From: Octopus sinensis
Taxonomy: Eukaryota
Reading direction: 5' to 3'
Length of the DNA stretch: 64,000 nt
NCBI RefSeq assembly: GCF_006345805.1
Contig: NC_042998.1
Coordinates: 122,946,001 to 123,010,000, forward strand
Of this stretch, positions 1 to 12,266 are shown one piece after another (within the stretch, counting starts at the first letter, position 1; the number at the start of each line of letters is the position of its first letter). The notes beneath the pieces were generated by a model, which did no database searches, was not told the DNA's origin, and saw only the letters and a program-made list of their open reading frames with translations. Both the position numbers and the translations under genes were made by a program.

Positions 1-69
1 AGAAGAAGAAGAAGAAGAAGAAGAAGAAGAAGAGGAAGAACAACAACATCAACAACAACAAGAAGAAAC

Positions 70-892
70 AAAAGCTATAAAACAATCTAAACTAAAACTA
101 GAACTGCAACGGACCGTGATAAAACGATGGCAAGAAAAAACCTCTTCATGGCAATTATTGGGCTAAACTAAATGTAAAAGAAATAGAAGCTCAGGACTCA
201 AAGCAAAGACTGAAAGATTTTTAACTGCAGCATAAGACCAAAGCCTCCCCACCAGAATTTACCAAAAACATATAATGAAAAGAAACATAAGTAACTGCAG
301 AATATGTGGAGATGGACAAGAAACAATAAGTCATATTATCTGTGGCAGCCCAGTGCTGGCTAAGAAGAAATATATTCTCAGACACGACAGAGTTGGGACC
401 TACATACATTGGAAGCTATACCAGCACTATGGAATAACAACAGAAAAAAGATGGTATAGGCACACGCCAGAAAAGGTCACAGAAAACGAGAAAGCAACCA
501 TACTCTGGGATATGCCAATACACACAGAGAAGGCCAATATGCCAGATATAGTTGTCAGATATAGTTTCTCTAAAGGAAATGGAGAATCTTTCAAAATACA
601 AAGACCTGGAAATAGAGGTAACTCGAATGGGGAATCTAAAAACAGAAACAATTCCTTTCATAGTGGGCGAATTAGGTATGATAAAAAATATTCAGACAAA
701 TACGTAACAAAAACACAAGGGCTTACAAATATATATACAACATACAGAAAATAGCGCTACTTGGCACTGCACGCAGAACACTTTCAATACGGTAACCATC
801 AGAGCACCACAGCAAACCACAGCACATACTCAAGCCACACAGAGCTGCGCTTAGTAATGTAGTGAAAGCACGTTATAAAAATAAAACTACCG
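70..892 (+). mobile_element. R4/Dong-type non-LTR retrotransposon, family A, 5'-truncated decayed copy (A1)
   Basis: Translates to CRICGDGQETISHIICG (CCHC knuckle), RHDRV and ILWDMPIHT..PDIVV (RLE). It has frameshifts and deletions, and the family-A 3' UTR ends in (AAT)n. Confidence 0.85.
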
Positions 893-902
893 AATAATAG
901 TG

Positions 903-960
<58 letters not shown>

Positions 961-982
961 TAATAATAATAATAATAATAAT

Positions 983-1133
983 AGCTACTTGGCACTGCAC
1001 GCAGAACACTTTCAATACGGTAACCATCAGAGCACCACAGCAAACCACAGCACATACTCAAGCCACACAGAGCTGCGCTTAGTAATGTAGTGAAAGCACG
1101 TTATAAAAAAAAAAAAAAAAAATTAAACTACCG
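983..1133 (+). mobile_element. Duplicated 3' end of R4/Dong family A copy (A1')
   Basis: Nearly identical to 751-892, including copy-specific variants and the tail variant AATAATAGTGATAAT. Confidence 0.85.
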
Positions 1134-1143
1134 AATAATAGTG

Positions 1144-1236
<93 letters not shown>

Positions 1237-1239
<3 letters not shown>

Positions 1240-1793
1240 GCCCTGATGCAGTACCAGGCAGTGGCTCTCATGGCTTCTGATCTTAACTGATTGGAAGTGT
1301 TATCATGTACATTGTTTTGTCTTGGTATAAAAGATGGGCTACAGCAAATATTCTGCTCAATACCACAGATTTGCTTGTCAGTTGTTTGACCTTAACCAGT
1401 TGAGCATGTCCCTTAGTGGCTGACGATATGTGCATCTCTGATCACGAGCAGAAGTAGTGGGGGAGCATCATGGCTATGTGTTGAGAGGGATTCTTTGGAG
1501 TTTGAATGGTTCACCTCTGGAAACATAGGTGTTTCGTTCAACATCCTAAAGCAACCCTTATTCAGGGACCGTTTGAGCAGGATGGGCTACTCAACCTGAA
1601 GAAAATTCTAACTGGGCCCCACCTGCAAGGTCATGTGCTCTTTATCTTGATATGAGATCACCATGTCGCGCACATATGGTTGTGATGCATGTGCCTGGTG
1701 TACCTTTATCAGACGGGTAGTCATGATGGGTATATTGGGCTTCGTATATTTTACCCCAGTGTCACTTTGATGGCATGAACTGCTCTCTCACTC
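1237..1793 (+). mobile_element. ~560-bp non-coding retroposon / LINE 3' UTR with (AAT)n tail (X1)
   Basis: The same sequence recurs at 6768-7206 (+) and 63186-63630 (-). All copies share the 3' end CTGCTCTCTCACTC followed by (AAT)n and differ in 5' length. Confidence 0.75.
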
Positions 1794-1844
<51 letters not shown>

Positions 1845-2759
1845 TAATAATAATAATAATGATACTATATAATGCGGCTGGAGGGGTTCCTAGCTTCTCA
1901 GACCTGTCAGCAGCTGAAGACAGAGAAATTCTAATACAACCCAGCAGGACAACTGAAAAATAACTCTTAAAGACTGGAGTATCTACAATTTCCTGTGAGT
2001 ATTTTGAACTTCCCTCACAATAAGTTAAGAAACTTACATACCTACAGTTTTCAAACACATAAACGATCAACTTCAAACGCTTTAATATCTACAACTTCTG
2101 TGAATACCTATCCACTCCTTTCTCCCTGAGTATTCGGAAATGTAAACATCCTCTTTATTCCAAGAACACTACAGTTTTCTCAGTTCGGACATACAAAAAA
2201 AATTCAACGATGTGAATACCAGTATATTTATATATACATATTATTGTTTTCTCTACCAATAATTACAAATAGAACAAGTTGAATTGTTTCTTCTCAAGGG
2301 CAAGGTCAGCACTCCCACTGGTCACTGATAGCAGTAAGCACATTTGACCTCTGCTGACCCAAAGGGACCGAGGATTATTTTGTCTCTATGGCTGACCTCC
2401 CCACTAACTGCCGAATCTATTTATAGACCTGTAGAATTTCATCTATTCACCAAGCTGCTACTTCCCTTCTTTTCTTTCAACAACCACATATTTATGATTC
2501 TCTCAAGTACAAGACAAAATTTGAACATAAAGAACATTTAACAAAGTCTTTAAATAATAAATGGAAATATTAATAATGATAACAACAGTGGTAATGGTGG
2601 TGATGGTAATAATGATGAAAATAAAAATAATGATAATATGCTGCAGCTGTTAATACTACAAATACTACAACTAATACTATCCTATTAGCACAGGAATCTG
2701 AGACCCAAACAATAATACCAGTGATATCAGTGATAATAATAATAATAATAATAATAATA

Positions 2760-2810
<51 letters not shown>

Positions 2811-2812
<2 letters not shown>

Positions 2813-3500
2813 GAAAAGAAATATTACAAGTAACGGCAGAATATGTGGAGATGGACAAGAAGCAATAAATCATATTATCTGTAGCTGCCCAGTCCTGGCT
2901 AAGAAGGAATATATTCACAGACATGACAGAGTTGGAACCTATATACATTGGAAGCTATGCCAACATTATGGAATAACAACAGAAAAAAGATGGTATAGGC
3001 ACACACCAGAAAAGGTCACAGAAAACGAGAAAGCAACCATACTCTGGGATATGCCGATACACACAGATAGAGAAATTAAGACCAACAGACCAGATATAGT
3101 TGTCAGAGATGATGAAGAAAAAAATGCTTTCTAATTGATGTATCAATACCGGCTGATGACAACGTGTCTCTAAAAGAAATGGAGAAACTCTCAAAATACA
3201 AAGACCTGGAAATAGAGGTAACTAGAATGTGGAATCTGAAAACAGAAACAATTCCTATCATAGTAGGTGCATTAGGCATGATAAAAAAATATTCAGACAA
3301 ATACATAACAAAAACACCAGGACTTACAAACACATATAACATACAGAAAATTGCACTACTAGGCACTGCACACATCCTAAGCAGAACACTTTCCATACAA
3401 TAACCATCAGAGCATCACAACAAATCACAGCACATACCCAAGGCACACAGAGCTGCGCTCGGTAGTGAAGTGAAAGCACGCTATAAAAATAAAACTACTG
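2811..3500 (+). mobile_element. R4/Dong family A, 5'-truncated copy (A2)
   Basis: ORFs 2811-3134 and 3164-3403 give CCHC, RHD, PDIVV, KYKDL and PIIVGALG motifs, split by a 1-nt slip in an A-run. (AAT)n lies on both sides. Confidence 0.9.
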
Positions 3501-3548
3501 AATAATAATAATAATAATAATAATGATAATAATGATAATAATAATATT

Positions 3549-3588
<40 letters not shown>

Positions 3589-3602
3589 TAATAATAATAA
3601 CA

Positions 3603-4270
3603 ACTTCACCAGTGAGGTATAAATTGAGACATGACAGAGTTGGCCAATATCTCCACTGGCTAATAAGTCGGCATTACAATATCAAAACTGCCGACAAGTG
3701 GTATAATCACCACCCTGAGGCTGTAACTTAAGGAGAAAATGTAACCATTCTGTGGGACTTTCCAGTACATACAGACCGAACCATCAAGGCCAATAAACCA
3801 GATATTGTTGTGAAAGACCAAAACAATAAAGTTTGCTTATTGATCGACATGAGCATCCCCTGTGATCATAATATCTCAGCGAAAGAGTTTGACAAGCTCA
3901 GAAAATATAAAGACCTACTCATTGAAATTGAGAAAATGTGGCATCTCAAGGCGGTTACAATACCAGTGATCGTAGGAGCACTAGGAATGATCAAGAAGGG
4001 AACCGAAAATTATATGAGAATGATCCCTGGCTTACCATCCCTGCAGGAAGTGCAAAAGATTGTCTTAACTGGTACATCACACGTATTGAGAAGAGCATTG
4101 ACGATGTGAGAACTGTTGCTGCTCATGTATTTTAATTTAACTTAAAAAATAAAAAAAAAATGAACGAACTACTGAGTTTGGTTTAATGGCCTACCAATGT
4201 ATACTATGAGTTTCTTTGCCCTAGGAGTCGGGAAGACATTTGGCAAGAAATGGAAGCAAATTTGAAAGAA
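3603..4270 (+). mobile_element. R4/Dong family B, 5'-truncated copy (B1)
   Basis: ORF 3810-4109 (CLLIDMSIPCD..KYKDL..PVIVGALG) is an RLE domain. There is one nonsense change near 3729 and a distinct 3' UTR. (AAT)n lies on both sides. Confidence 0.9.
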
Positions 4271-4290
4271 GAAAAAAAAAAAAAAAAAAA

Positions 4291-4347
<57 letters not shown>

Positions 4348-4349
<2 letters not shown>

Positions 4350-6605
4350 AAGGAGCTGGAGGAGTCTCCCCGAATCTCCCCATATACTTATTAATGATAC
4401 ATCTAGTGATGGTGTCACAATAAAAGCACTGGTAATTGTGCAAACTGATAATCGTTACCTCATATTAGTAACAACGAATAAACAAAATATTGTGAATAAC
4501 GGTAGTAGTGAAACTGAAGATATTGATGGTGCCAGTGTTGCATCCGGCAGGCTGAGAGATTCTGGCCCGGCTCCAACCTGTCGATAACCAGAGACCACCA
4601 CACACGGCTTAGATGAAGCAAGCAAATTAATGCTGCGGTCATGGAGTGTTACCACCTGAGCAACCCGGTATATGAAAATGGTGCACAAATTAGAGGTTAC
4701 CGCCAACGTATGTATGATTATTGGAGGGAAAAGTGATTGTCTTAACTCACGGAACAGAGACTATGTCATTAAGTTAGAGCGACAAGAAAAAATCGTTGGT
4801 TCACAGAAGTAGAGCTCGAAGCTACCAAAAGACGGATCTTGGAAAATTGGCAGCAGAGATACCGATGAAAATATAGTTCTTACTAATAAAAGTAATCTCA
4901 TAGCAGGGAAAGGAGCAGTGGTAGTTTACTTGATGAGAGACATGTAGATCAACTAAAAGAAGAAAATAAAACTAATGGAAACATGACAGATGAACAAAAG
5001 GCAATCTACGACAGAATAAAGGCAGGACTACAGGAGAACGATAGCGACAACATTTTCAACATTAAAACGGTGGAAGCTGAACTTATTATTAGTAAGAAAA
5101 ATGTCAATGATATCCTGAAATGCATTAGAACAAAGAACATCACAGAAACAAATAACTTGATCAATGCAGCAAATATTGTTGTAGCAGAAAACGTGGGTGT
5201 TGATGTCAAGAAAAATAAATACAATAGTTGTGACAAAAGAAAAGACCCATGGTGGACAGAAGAATACAGGCATGGTTAGATATGCTCGTGAAAGATATTT
5301 CTGTGTTACACCGAAAGGAGAAAGGGGATTTTAAAAGCAAACAAAAATACCAGCAAAATAGGTTATTCAGAGTAGATCAGAAGAGATTCTATAAGGAAAT
5401 AAATGGAGAGTATATAGATAAAAAGTTGATTCCGATAACAATGAAAGTTAAAGGTTTTGGAGTGATATCTGCAACAAATACAAGGACTATAAGAAGGATG
5501 CCGAATGGTTGTAAGAGCTGAAGCAAACTTTAGTCTGTCCGCAACAGGCAGAACTAATCATTTCAGTTAGGTAAGGGAAGGAAATCAGCAAAAAGTTGAG
5601 GAACTGGAATGTCCCGGGACCAGATAGAGTTCAAAGCTACTGGATCGAAAGATTTGGTGAATGTCATGCATAGATAGCTGCGCAAATCAACAATTTGTTA
5701 AATGCCGACCAAGTAATACCAGAGTGGTTGACAATGGGTAGGGCAGTGCTGTGCTTCAAAAGCATCGAAAACGGAAATACGGTAGAAATCCTGTCCGATA
5801 TCCTGTCTGCCACTTATTTGGATATTATTGACTGGAAGACTCGCAGAATCAACGTACGAACATCTGAAAAAAATGGAGTCCTGTCACATGAGCAGGAGGG
5901 TTGCAAGCGTAAGTGTAGAGGTACCAAGGATCAACCCCTGTAGACTAAACTGTACTTGGAGATTGCAAAAGGAGGAAAAGTAACTGAAACATGTCATGGA
6001 TCGATTATTATAAGCCGTACGATATGATCTCATATTCTTCGATCATGGAATGCATAAACCTATTTGGTATAGCATCGAATGTTGAGCGATGGCTTGAAAA
6101 AATATGTCGTATTGTAGGAAAACCTAACAGCATACGGTAGAAGTTTAGGGACAGTAGGAATCTGGAGGATCATCTTCCAAGGGAGCTGCCATTCTCCACT
6201 GATTATGGACTGATGACACTAACAATGATACTGAGGAAAGCAAAGGCTGGATATATATTCAAAAGCCGCCAACAAAAATTCAACAAGGTAGGTGATAAGG
6301 AAGAAAAAAAAGTCGATAGATATGACAAGTTAACTTGGGAGGTTAAGCAGTTGTGGTCGATGTAAAGGTGGTAGTAATATCAATAATTGTCGAAGCCCTA
6401 GGAAGAGGGAGTAAAAATCTTGAGAAGTACATGGAACAAATTGGGGCTGCAATAAGGTTGGAGCACTTGCAGAAAAGAGCACTGCTTGGAACCGCTCGAA
6501 TACTCCGGATGGTGCTTGGAAAATAATGGATGGTACCTTAGTTCACTGATAGTGACCAGCTGACACCATAATACATCTTCAGCGTGAGAAGTTGTGCAAA
6601 AACAA
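4348..6605 (+). mobile_element. R4/Dong family C, retains 5' region, internally deleted and decayed
   Basis: Contains N-terminal MECY..GYRQRMYDYW..TEQRL..WFTEVELE, then QNRLFRVDQKRFY, PGPDRVQSYW, PEWLTMGRAVLCFK, EQEGCKRKCRGTKDQ and IFQG. It then jumps near 6285 to the RLE C-terminus (LLGTARILR). (AAT)n lies on both sides. Confidence 0.8.
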
Positions 6606-6630
6606 TAAATTAATGATGACAGTAATAATG

Positions 6631-6759
<129 letters not shown>

Positions 6760-6767
6760 ACTAATAA

Positions 6768-7206
6768 TGCTCAATACTACAGATTTGCTTGTCAGTTGTT
6801 TGACCTTAACCAGTTGAGCATGTCCCTTAGCGGCTGACGATATGTGCATCTCTGATCACGAGCAGAAGTAGTGGGGAAGCATCATAGCCATGTGTTAAGA
6901 GGGATTCTTTGGGGTTTGAATAATTCACCTATGGAAACATGGGTGGTTCTTTCAACATCCTTAAATAACCCTTATTCAGGGACCTTTTGAGCGGGATGGG
7001 CTACTCAACTGAAGAAAATTGTAACTGGGCCCCACCTGCAAGGTCATGTGCTGTTTATCTTGATATGAGATCACCATGTCGCGCACATATGGTTGTGATG
7101 CATGTGCCTGGTGTACCCTTATCAGACGGGTAGTCATGATGGTTATATTGGGCTTCGTATATTTTACCCCAGTGTCACTTTGATGGCATGAACTGCTCTC
7201 TCACTC
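6768..7206 (+). mobile_element. (AAT)n-tailed retroposon, 5'-truncated copy (X2)
   Basis: Homologous to ~1355-1793, with the same 3' end and tail. Confidence 0.75.
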
Positions 7207-7252
<46 letters not shown>

Positions 7253-7262
7253 TAATAATGAA

Positions 7263-7314
<52 letters not shown>

Positions 7315-7317
<3 letters not shown>

Positions 7318-7966
7318 TAGTTTTATTTTTATAGCGTGCTTTCACTTCACTACCGAGCGCAGCTCTGTGTGCCTTGGGTATGTGCTGTGATTTGTTGTGA
7401 TGCTCTGATGGTTATTGTATGGAAAGTGTTCTGCGTAGGATGTGTGCAGTGCCTAGTAGTGCAATTTTCTGTATGTTATATATGTTTGTACGTCCTGGTG
7501 TTTTTGTTATGTATTTGTCTGAATATTTTTTTATCATGCCTAATGCACCTACTATGATAGGAATTGTTTCTGTTTTCAGATTCCACATTCTAGTTACCTC
7601 TATTTCCAGGTCTTTGTATTTTGAGAGTTTCTCCATTTCTTTTAGAGACACGTTGTCATCAGCAGGTATTGATACATCAATTAGAAAGCATTTTTTTTCT
7701 TCATGGTCTCTGACAACTATATCTAGTCTGTTGGCCTTAATTTCTCTATCTGTGTGTATCGGCATATCCCAGAGTATGGTTGCTTTCTCGTTTTCTGTGA
7801 CCTTTTCTGGTGTGTGCCTATACCATCTTTTTTCTGTTGTTATTCCATAATGTTGGCATAGCTTCCAATGTATGTAGGTTCCAACTCTGTCATGTCTGTG
7901 AATATATTCCTTCTTAGCCAGGACTGGGCAGCTAGAGATAATATGATTTATTGCTTCTCGTCCATC

Positions 7967-7967
<1 letters not shown>
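7315..7967 (-). mobile_element. R4/Dong family A, 5'-truncated copy with open reading frame (A3)
   Basis: The frame is open from ~7966 (DGREAINHIISSC..RHDRV) to the stop at 7412, and includes ORF 7412-7765. (ATT)n lies on both sides. Confidence 0.9.
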
Positions 7968-8040
<73 letters not shown>

Positions 8041-8059
8041 GTTATTATTATTATTATTA

Positions 8060-8958
8060 CTTTTTTCTTCTTCTTTCAAATTTGCTTGCATTTCTTGCCG
8101 AGTGTCTTCCCGACTCCTAGGGCAAAGAAACTCATAGTATACATTGGTAGGCCATTAAACCAAACTCAATAGTTCGTTCATTTTTAAAAAATTTTTTTAA
8201 AGTTAAATTAAAATACATGAGCAGCAACAGTTCTCACATCGACAATGCTCTTCTCAATACGTGTGATGTACCAGTTAAGACAATCTTTTGCACTTCTTGC
8301 AGGGACGGTAAGCCAGGGATCATTCTCATACAATTTTCGGTTCCCTTCTTGATCATTCCTAGTGCTCCTACGATCACTGGTATTGTAACCGCCTTGAGAT
8401 GCCACATTTTCTCAATTTCAATGAGTAGGTCTTTATATTTTCTGAGCTTGTCAAACTCTTTCGCTGAGATATTATGATCACAGGGGATGCTCATGTCGAT
8501 CAATAAGCAAACTTTATTGTTTTGGTCTTTCACAACAATATCTGGTTTATTGGCCTTGATGGTTCGGTCTGTATGTACTGGAAAGTCCCACAGAATGGTT
8601 ACATTTTCTCCTTCAGTTACAGCCTCAGGGTGGTGATTATACCACTTGTCGGCAGTTTTGATATTGTAATGCCGACTTATTAGCCAGTGGAGATATTGGC
8701 CAACTCTGTCATGTCTTAATTTATACTCCACTGGAGCTAAGACTTTACATCCAGAGATTAGGTGGTCCACTGTTTCAATCATGTCGTTGCAGAATCGGCA
8801 TTTTGGGTCTGCTCCATTTTTCATCACATTGGCCTGGTAGTTCCGGGTTAATAGGCTTTGATCTTGAGCAGCCAGGATGAAACCTTCGCTCTCTGCTTTT
8901 AGCCCTGAGCTCCGTAGCCACTGATGGGTTTGCTTCTGGTCAACATCAGCTTGTTTGC

Positions 8959-8959
<1 letters not shown>
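8060..8959 (-). mobile_element. R4/Dong family B, 5'-truncated copy with open reading frame (B2)
   Basis: ORF 8234-8959 is uninterrupted for ~240 codons: AAQDQSL, CRFCNDMIETVDHLISGC, RHD, PDIVV..IDMSIP..KYKDL. (ATT)n lies on both sides. Confidence 0.92.
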
Positions 8960-9010
<51 letters not shown>

Positions 9011-9014
<4 letters not shown>

Positions 9015-9180
9015 TTGACTTTTGCTTTATATTTGTACATGTTGGCTCCGAGTCTCACCCAGGGACCTCAGGAGACAACAGGTTGGAAGTTCATGTTGTT
9101 GTTATGCCTAGTGTGCCATATATTTGGTTTTGTATTTAGCGTTGTACTAGTGAATGTCTAAAAAAACATACGAAAATTAT
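9011..9180 (-). mobile_element. Probable 3' UTR fragment of a fourth R4/Dong-type family (D)
   Basis: A short unique segment between two (ATT)n tracts. On the minus strand it ends GAGGTCCCTGGGTGAGACTCGGAGCC...GCAAAAGTCAAATAT+(AAT)n. No coding part is retained, so the family assignment is inferred. Confidence 0.5.
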
Positions 9181-9185
9181 GTTTG

Positions 9186-9256
<71 letters not shown>

Positions 9257-11034
9257 TTGCATATATATACTTAAAGTGAGATAACGCAGTTAAGTACAGA
9301 AGACGTTGTCATGATAATTTTCCTTGAAGTTCTCTAATGCATCACTAGGGTACAACAAGAAACCATTTCATAACACCTTCTTTTTCCAGACAATCTCTAA
9401 ATGCTTTCCCTACAGTCAGAATCGAGGTAAGCATCCAATAAAGTATTTGGTTGTGACTCGTTTCCTTACACGATGCATAAAGCTGAGTATTGTATACAGT
9501 GAGCGGAAGTTTAAAGGAATATCATTATATTTCGGTACTGAATATATCAGTTGACATCCAAAAACTAGTACCGTTCAGTATACATATTTTTTCCTCAGTA
9601 ATAGCTTGAATGATGTGATCTTCTCCGCTGAATGATTCACTGCCTATTACACAAATTTAAAGCCTTCTGTAAGGAAATTAACCAATGACGATTAGATTGA
9701 AAACCAAAATGACAATTACCCAAACGTGTGTTTGTTTGTAAAGAAGACATGTCAATTGTAAATGATACACCCCTCACTCTGCTCTATAGTACAGTCCATT
9801 CCTCCAAACAATGGTAATGATGTTCATTTCACACATACTTTATTCTATTGAATTCTTTTTAAATCCTTGAATATATATTTAAATGGTATGCAATTCGGTT
9901 ACACAAATATGGCGTGCAAGCAGCAAAATAAGACGAGATCTTTGCTAGTTCTTTCAAGAATATATGCTCGAAGAAACACTACGGAATACGGATAAGAAGC
10001 GATGTGATCTTATACATATATTCATCAAAGTTATGAGGTGTGGAACTTTGCATCATTTGAATAACAAAAATGAAGTCTGATCATCAACATTAATTTCTTT
10101 TCTATTTTGAACAAAATATTTCGGTCTTTATGTTCATTCTTCGAAGAGAAAAAGAAAGAAAAGCAAGTTGAGAATAGAACAGTATGTCCTAATGAAATAA
10201 TCTTGACGCTTTTGCATTATCTCTACCGCAAAATTGTCCTATCTTCAGTGCAAATTTTGAGTTTTAGAAAATAAAAATAAATTACACTATTGTATTCGTC
10301 TCTGGATTTTATGTAAAACTAATACAATGTACTGATATATTTACCAATAATATACAAAACTGTCTGAATATTTTAGTTGCAGCACTTAGTTGTTTGCCAA
10401 ATTTATTTCACAGCAGGAAGGACTGAATTCTTTAGAAAATGGCTGAATAATTGAACAAAATTTTGCTTCTCTTGGTGCCAAATAGACAAGAATTTTACAT
10501 ATGGTCTATCATCCAATAGTTTTTGGCAAATATATATACAGGAACGAAGAGTTATAATTTTCATATTGTTTTCTTCATGCCAATAAGAATTGGCATTAAT
10601 GAAATTCACATGATGTATATATTGAGAGAAATTCAAAAGTCTAAAAAGCTGATAGGACTATAACTGACCTTCTCAATAAGTGGTATGATTATGTGTCACC
10701 AAGAAGTCATTTTAGGAATTACAGGTTTGATTATCATAAATGTAAATACAATTCGCTCTTTTAAAAGAACGCACTGACAATCGAAGGCTGCGAGAGTAAT
10801 GACGTTTACTTAAGAGAACACTTATACGTAGTACATTAGTCTATCAGTAATCCTAAACGTACTTTAGCTTCAAACTAAGGAAACACGTTCGGTTTCTGTA
10901 GACAGCCCTTTCTTGTAAAAAATGCAAAATATGTATACTCGCATATCTATCTCGCTGCTTATCTAATATGTCGGCCTGTCCCTGCATGATCGTGTGTAAA
11001 CAAGTTACGATTTATATATGTATGTATATATATA

Positions 11035-11091
<57 letters not shown>

Positions 11092-11494
11092 TTATATAGT
11101 TGTGTGTGTCTGTGTGCTTGTGTATCAGTTTAGTTCAGAAATATGGTTTCGGGTAGTTTAGATGCGCGTTACATTTGAATAGTGTTTTCTACTATAGCTC
11201 CCATTCTACTCGTGAGAATATTTGGTGACCAGAAACTACAGCGAAGTCTATATATAGATATATGTATATGTTTATGTACGTATGTATTTATGTATGCATG
11301 TATTTATGTATATGCGCGTGTGTGTGTGTTTGTGTGTGTGTGCAAGTATCAGTGTTTCTTCTCTTGTTTGTTTCTCACTGCTGTTACTTTGTTTGCATCC
11401 CAGTATGTTTGAGAATCGGCAAAAAGTGGTGGATAGAATAAGACGTCGATTGGATAGAAGTCGATTTACAGTATTCCTACAAGGCGGTGCCACA

Positions 11495-12266
11495 CTATAG
11501 TCAGTCTGACATGGTTGCAATATTAGAAAATGACGCCCCAGCTTTATTAACAGTACAAAAGTCGACAACTGAATTTAAGAGGTGAAGGGAGAATCTTGAA
11601 GGCGACCCAAAATATTGACGTCTCTCATCTGTCAACACCGATGAAAACATTGATAATGTTCATCAGATGTTGGTGGATGACATGCGATTGATTATAAATC
11701 AAATACCCAATGCTATTAGAATATCCCCTGAGAGAGTTGATAGCATTGTGCTCAATGAACCTTGCATGAGGAAGGTTTCTGCTCGGTGGATGCCACATCT
11801 GCTGTCACCTGATCAAAAACTGCCAGGCTGATCAGGGGGAAATCTGACATTGTCTGAAGCAGATACACCTGGTTTCTTGAACATCTCCTAACCCAGAACG
11901 AGTGTTGGCTTCACTTTGAGCCAGAAACTAAGAGACAATCCCTACAGTGGAAACGCCTCTCCTGAACTGGCTGATTGATGTCTTTATTCTCCTTATTTGG
12001 CCCCAACTGACAATCATCTGTTCCCCAACATGAAAAAACACCTGGCTGGGAGTCAGTATTGCAATGATGATGAGGTAATATATCTTATTGATGGCTTTTT
12101 TGATTAACAGGATGAAAACCTCTTTACCAATGGGATCCAGGCACTGCAGCGCCATTGGAAAAAAAATCTTTGGACTTCAAACGGGACTATGTTGAAAAAT
12201 GAACCTAATTTATCACATTCCATGAGAGTATCTTGGTCAGCCTATGAACTTTTCAGCCGACCCTCG
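11495..12266 (+). mobile_element. Mariner transposon remnant with right terminal inverted repeat
   Basis: Decayed SARWMPHLL (WVPHEL-like) and YSPYLAPTD.HLFPNMK (YSPDLAP-like) motifs. It ends ...GAACTTTTCAGCCGACCCTCG followed by TA at 12267-12268. Confidence 0.85.

Noticed and set aside
1865-2730. Unique-looking segment inside the (AAT)n nest
   Set aside because: I recognised no motif, terminal signature or second copy, so it is left unassigned.
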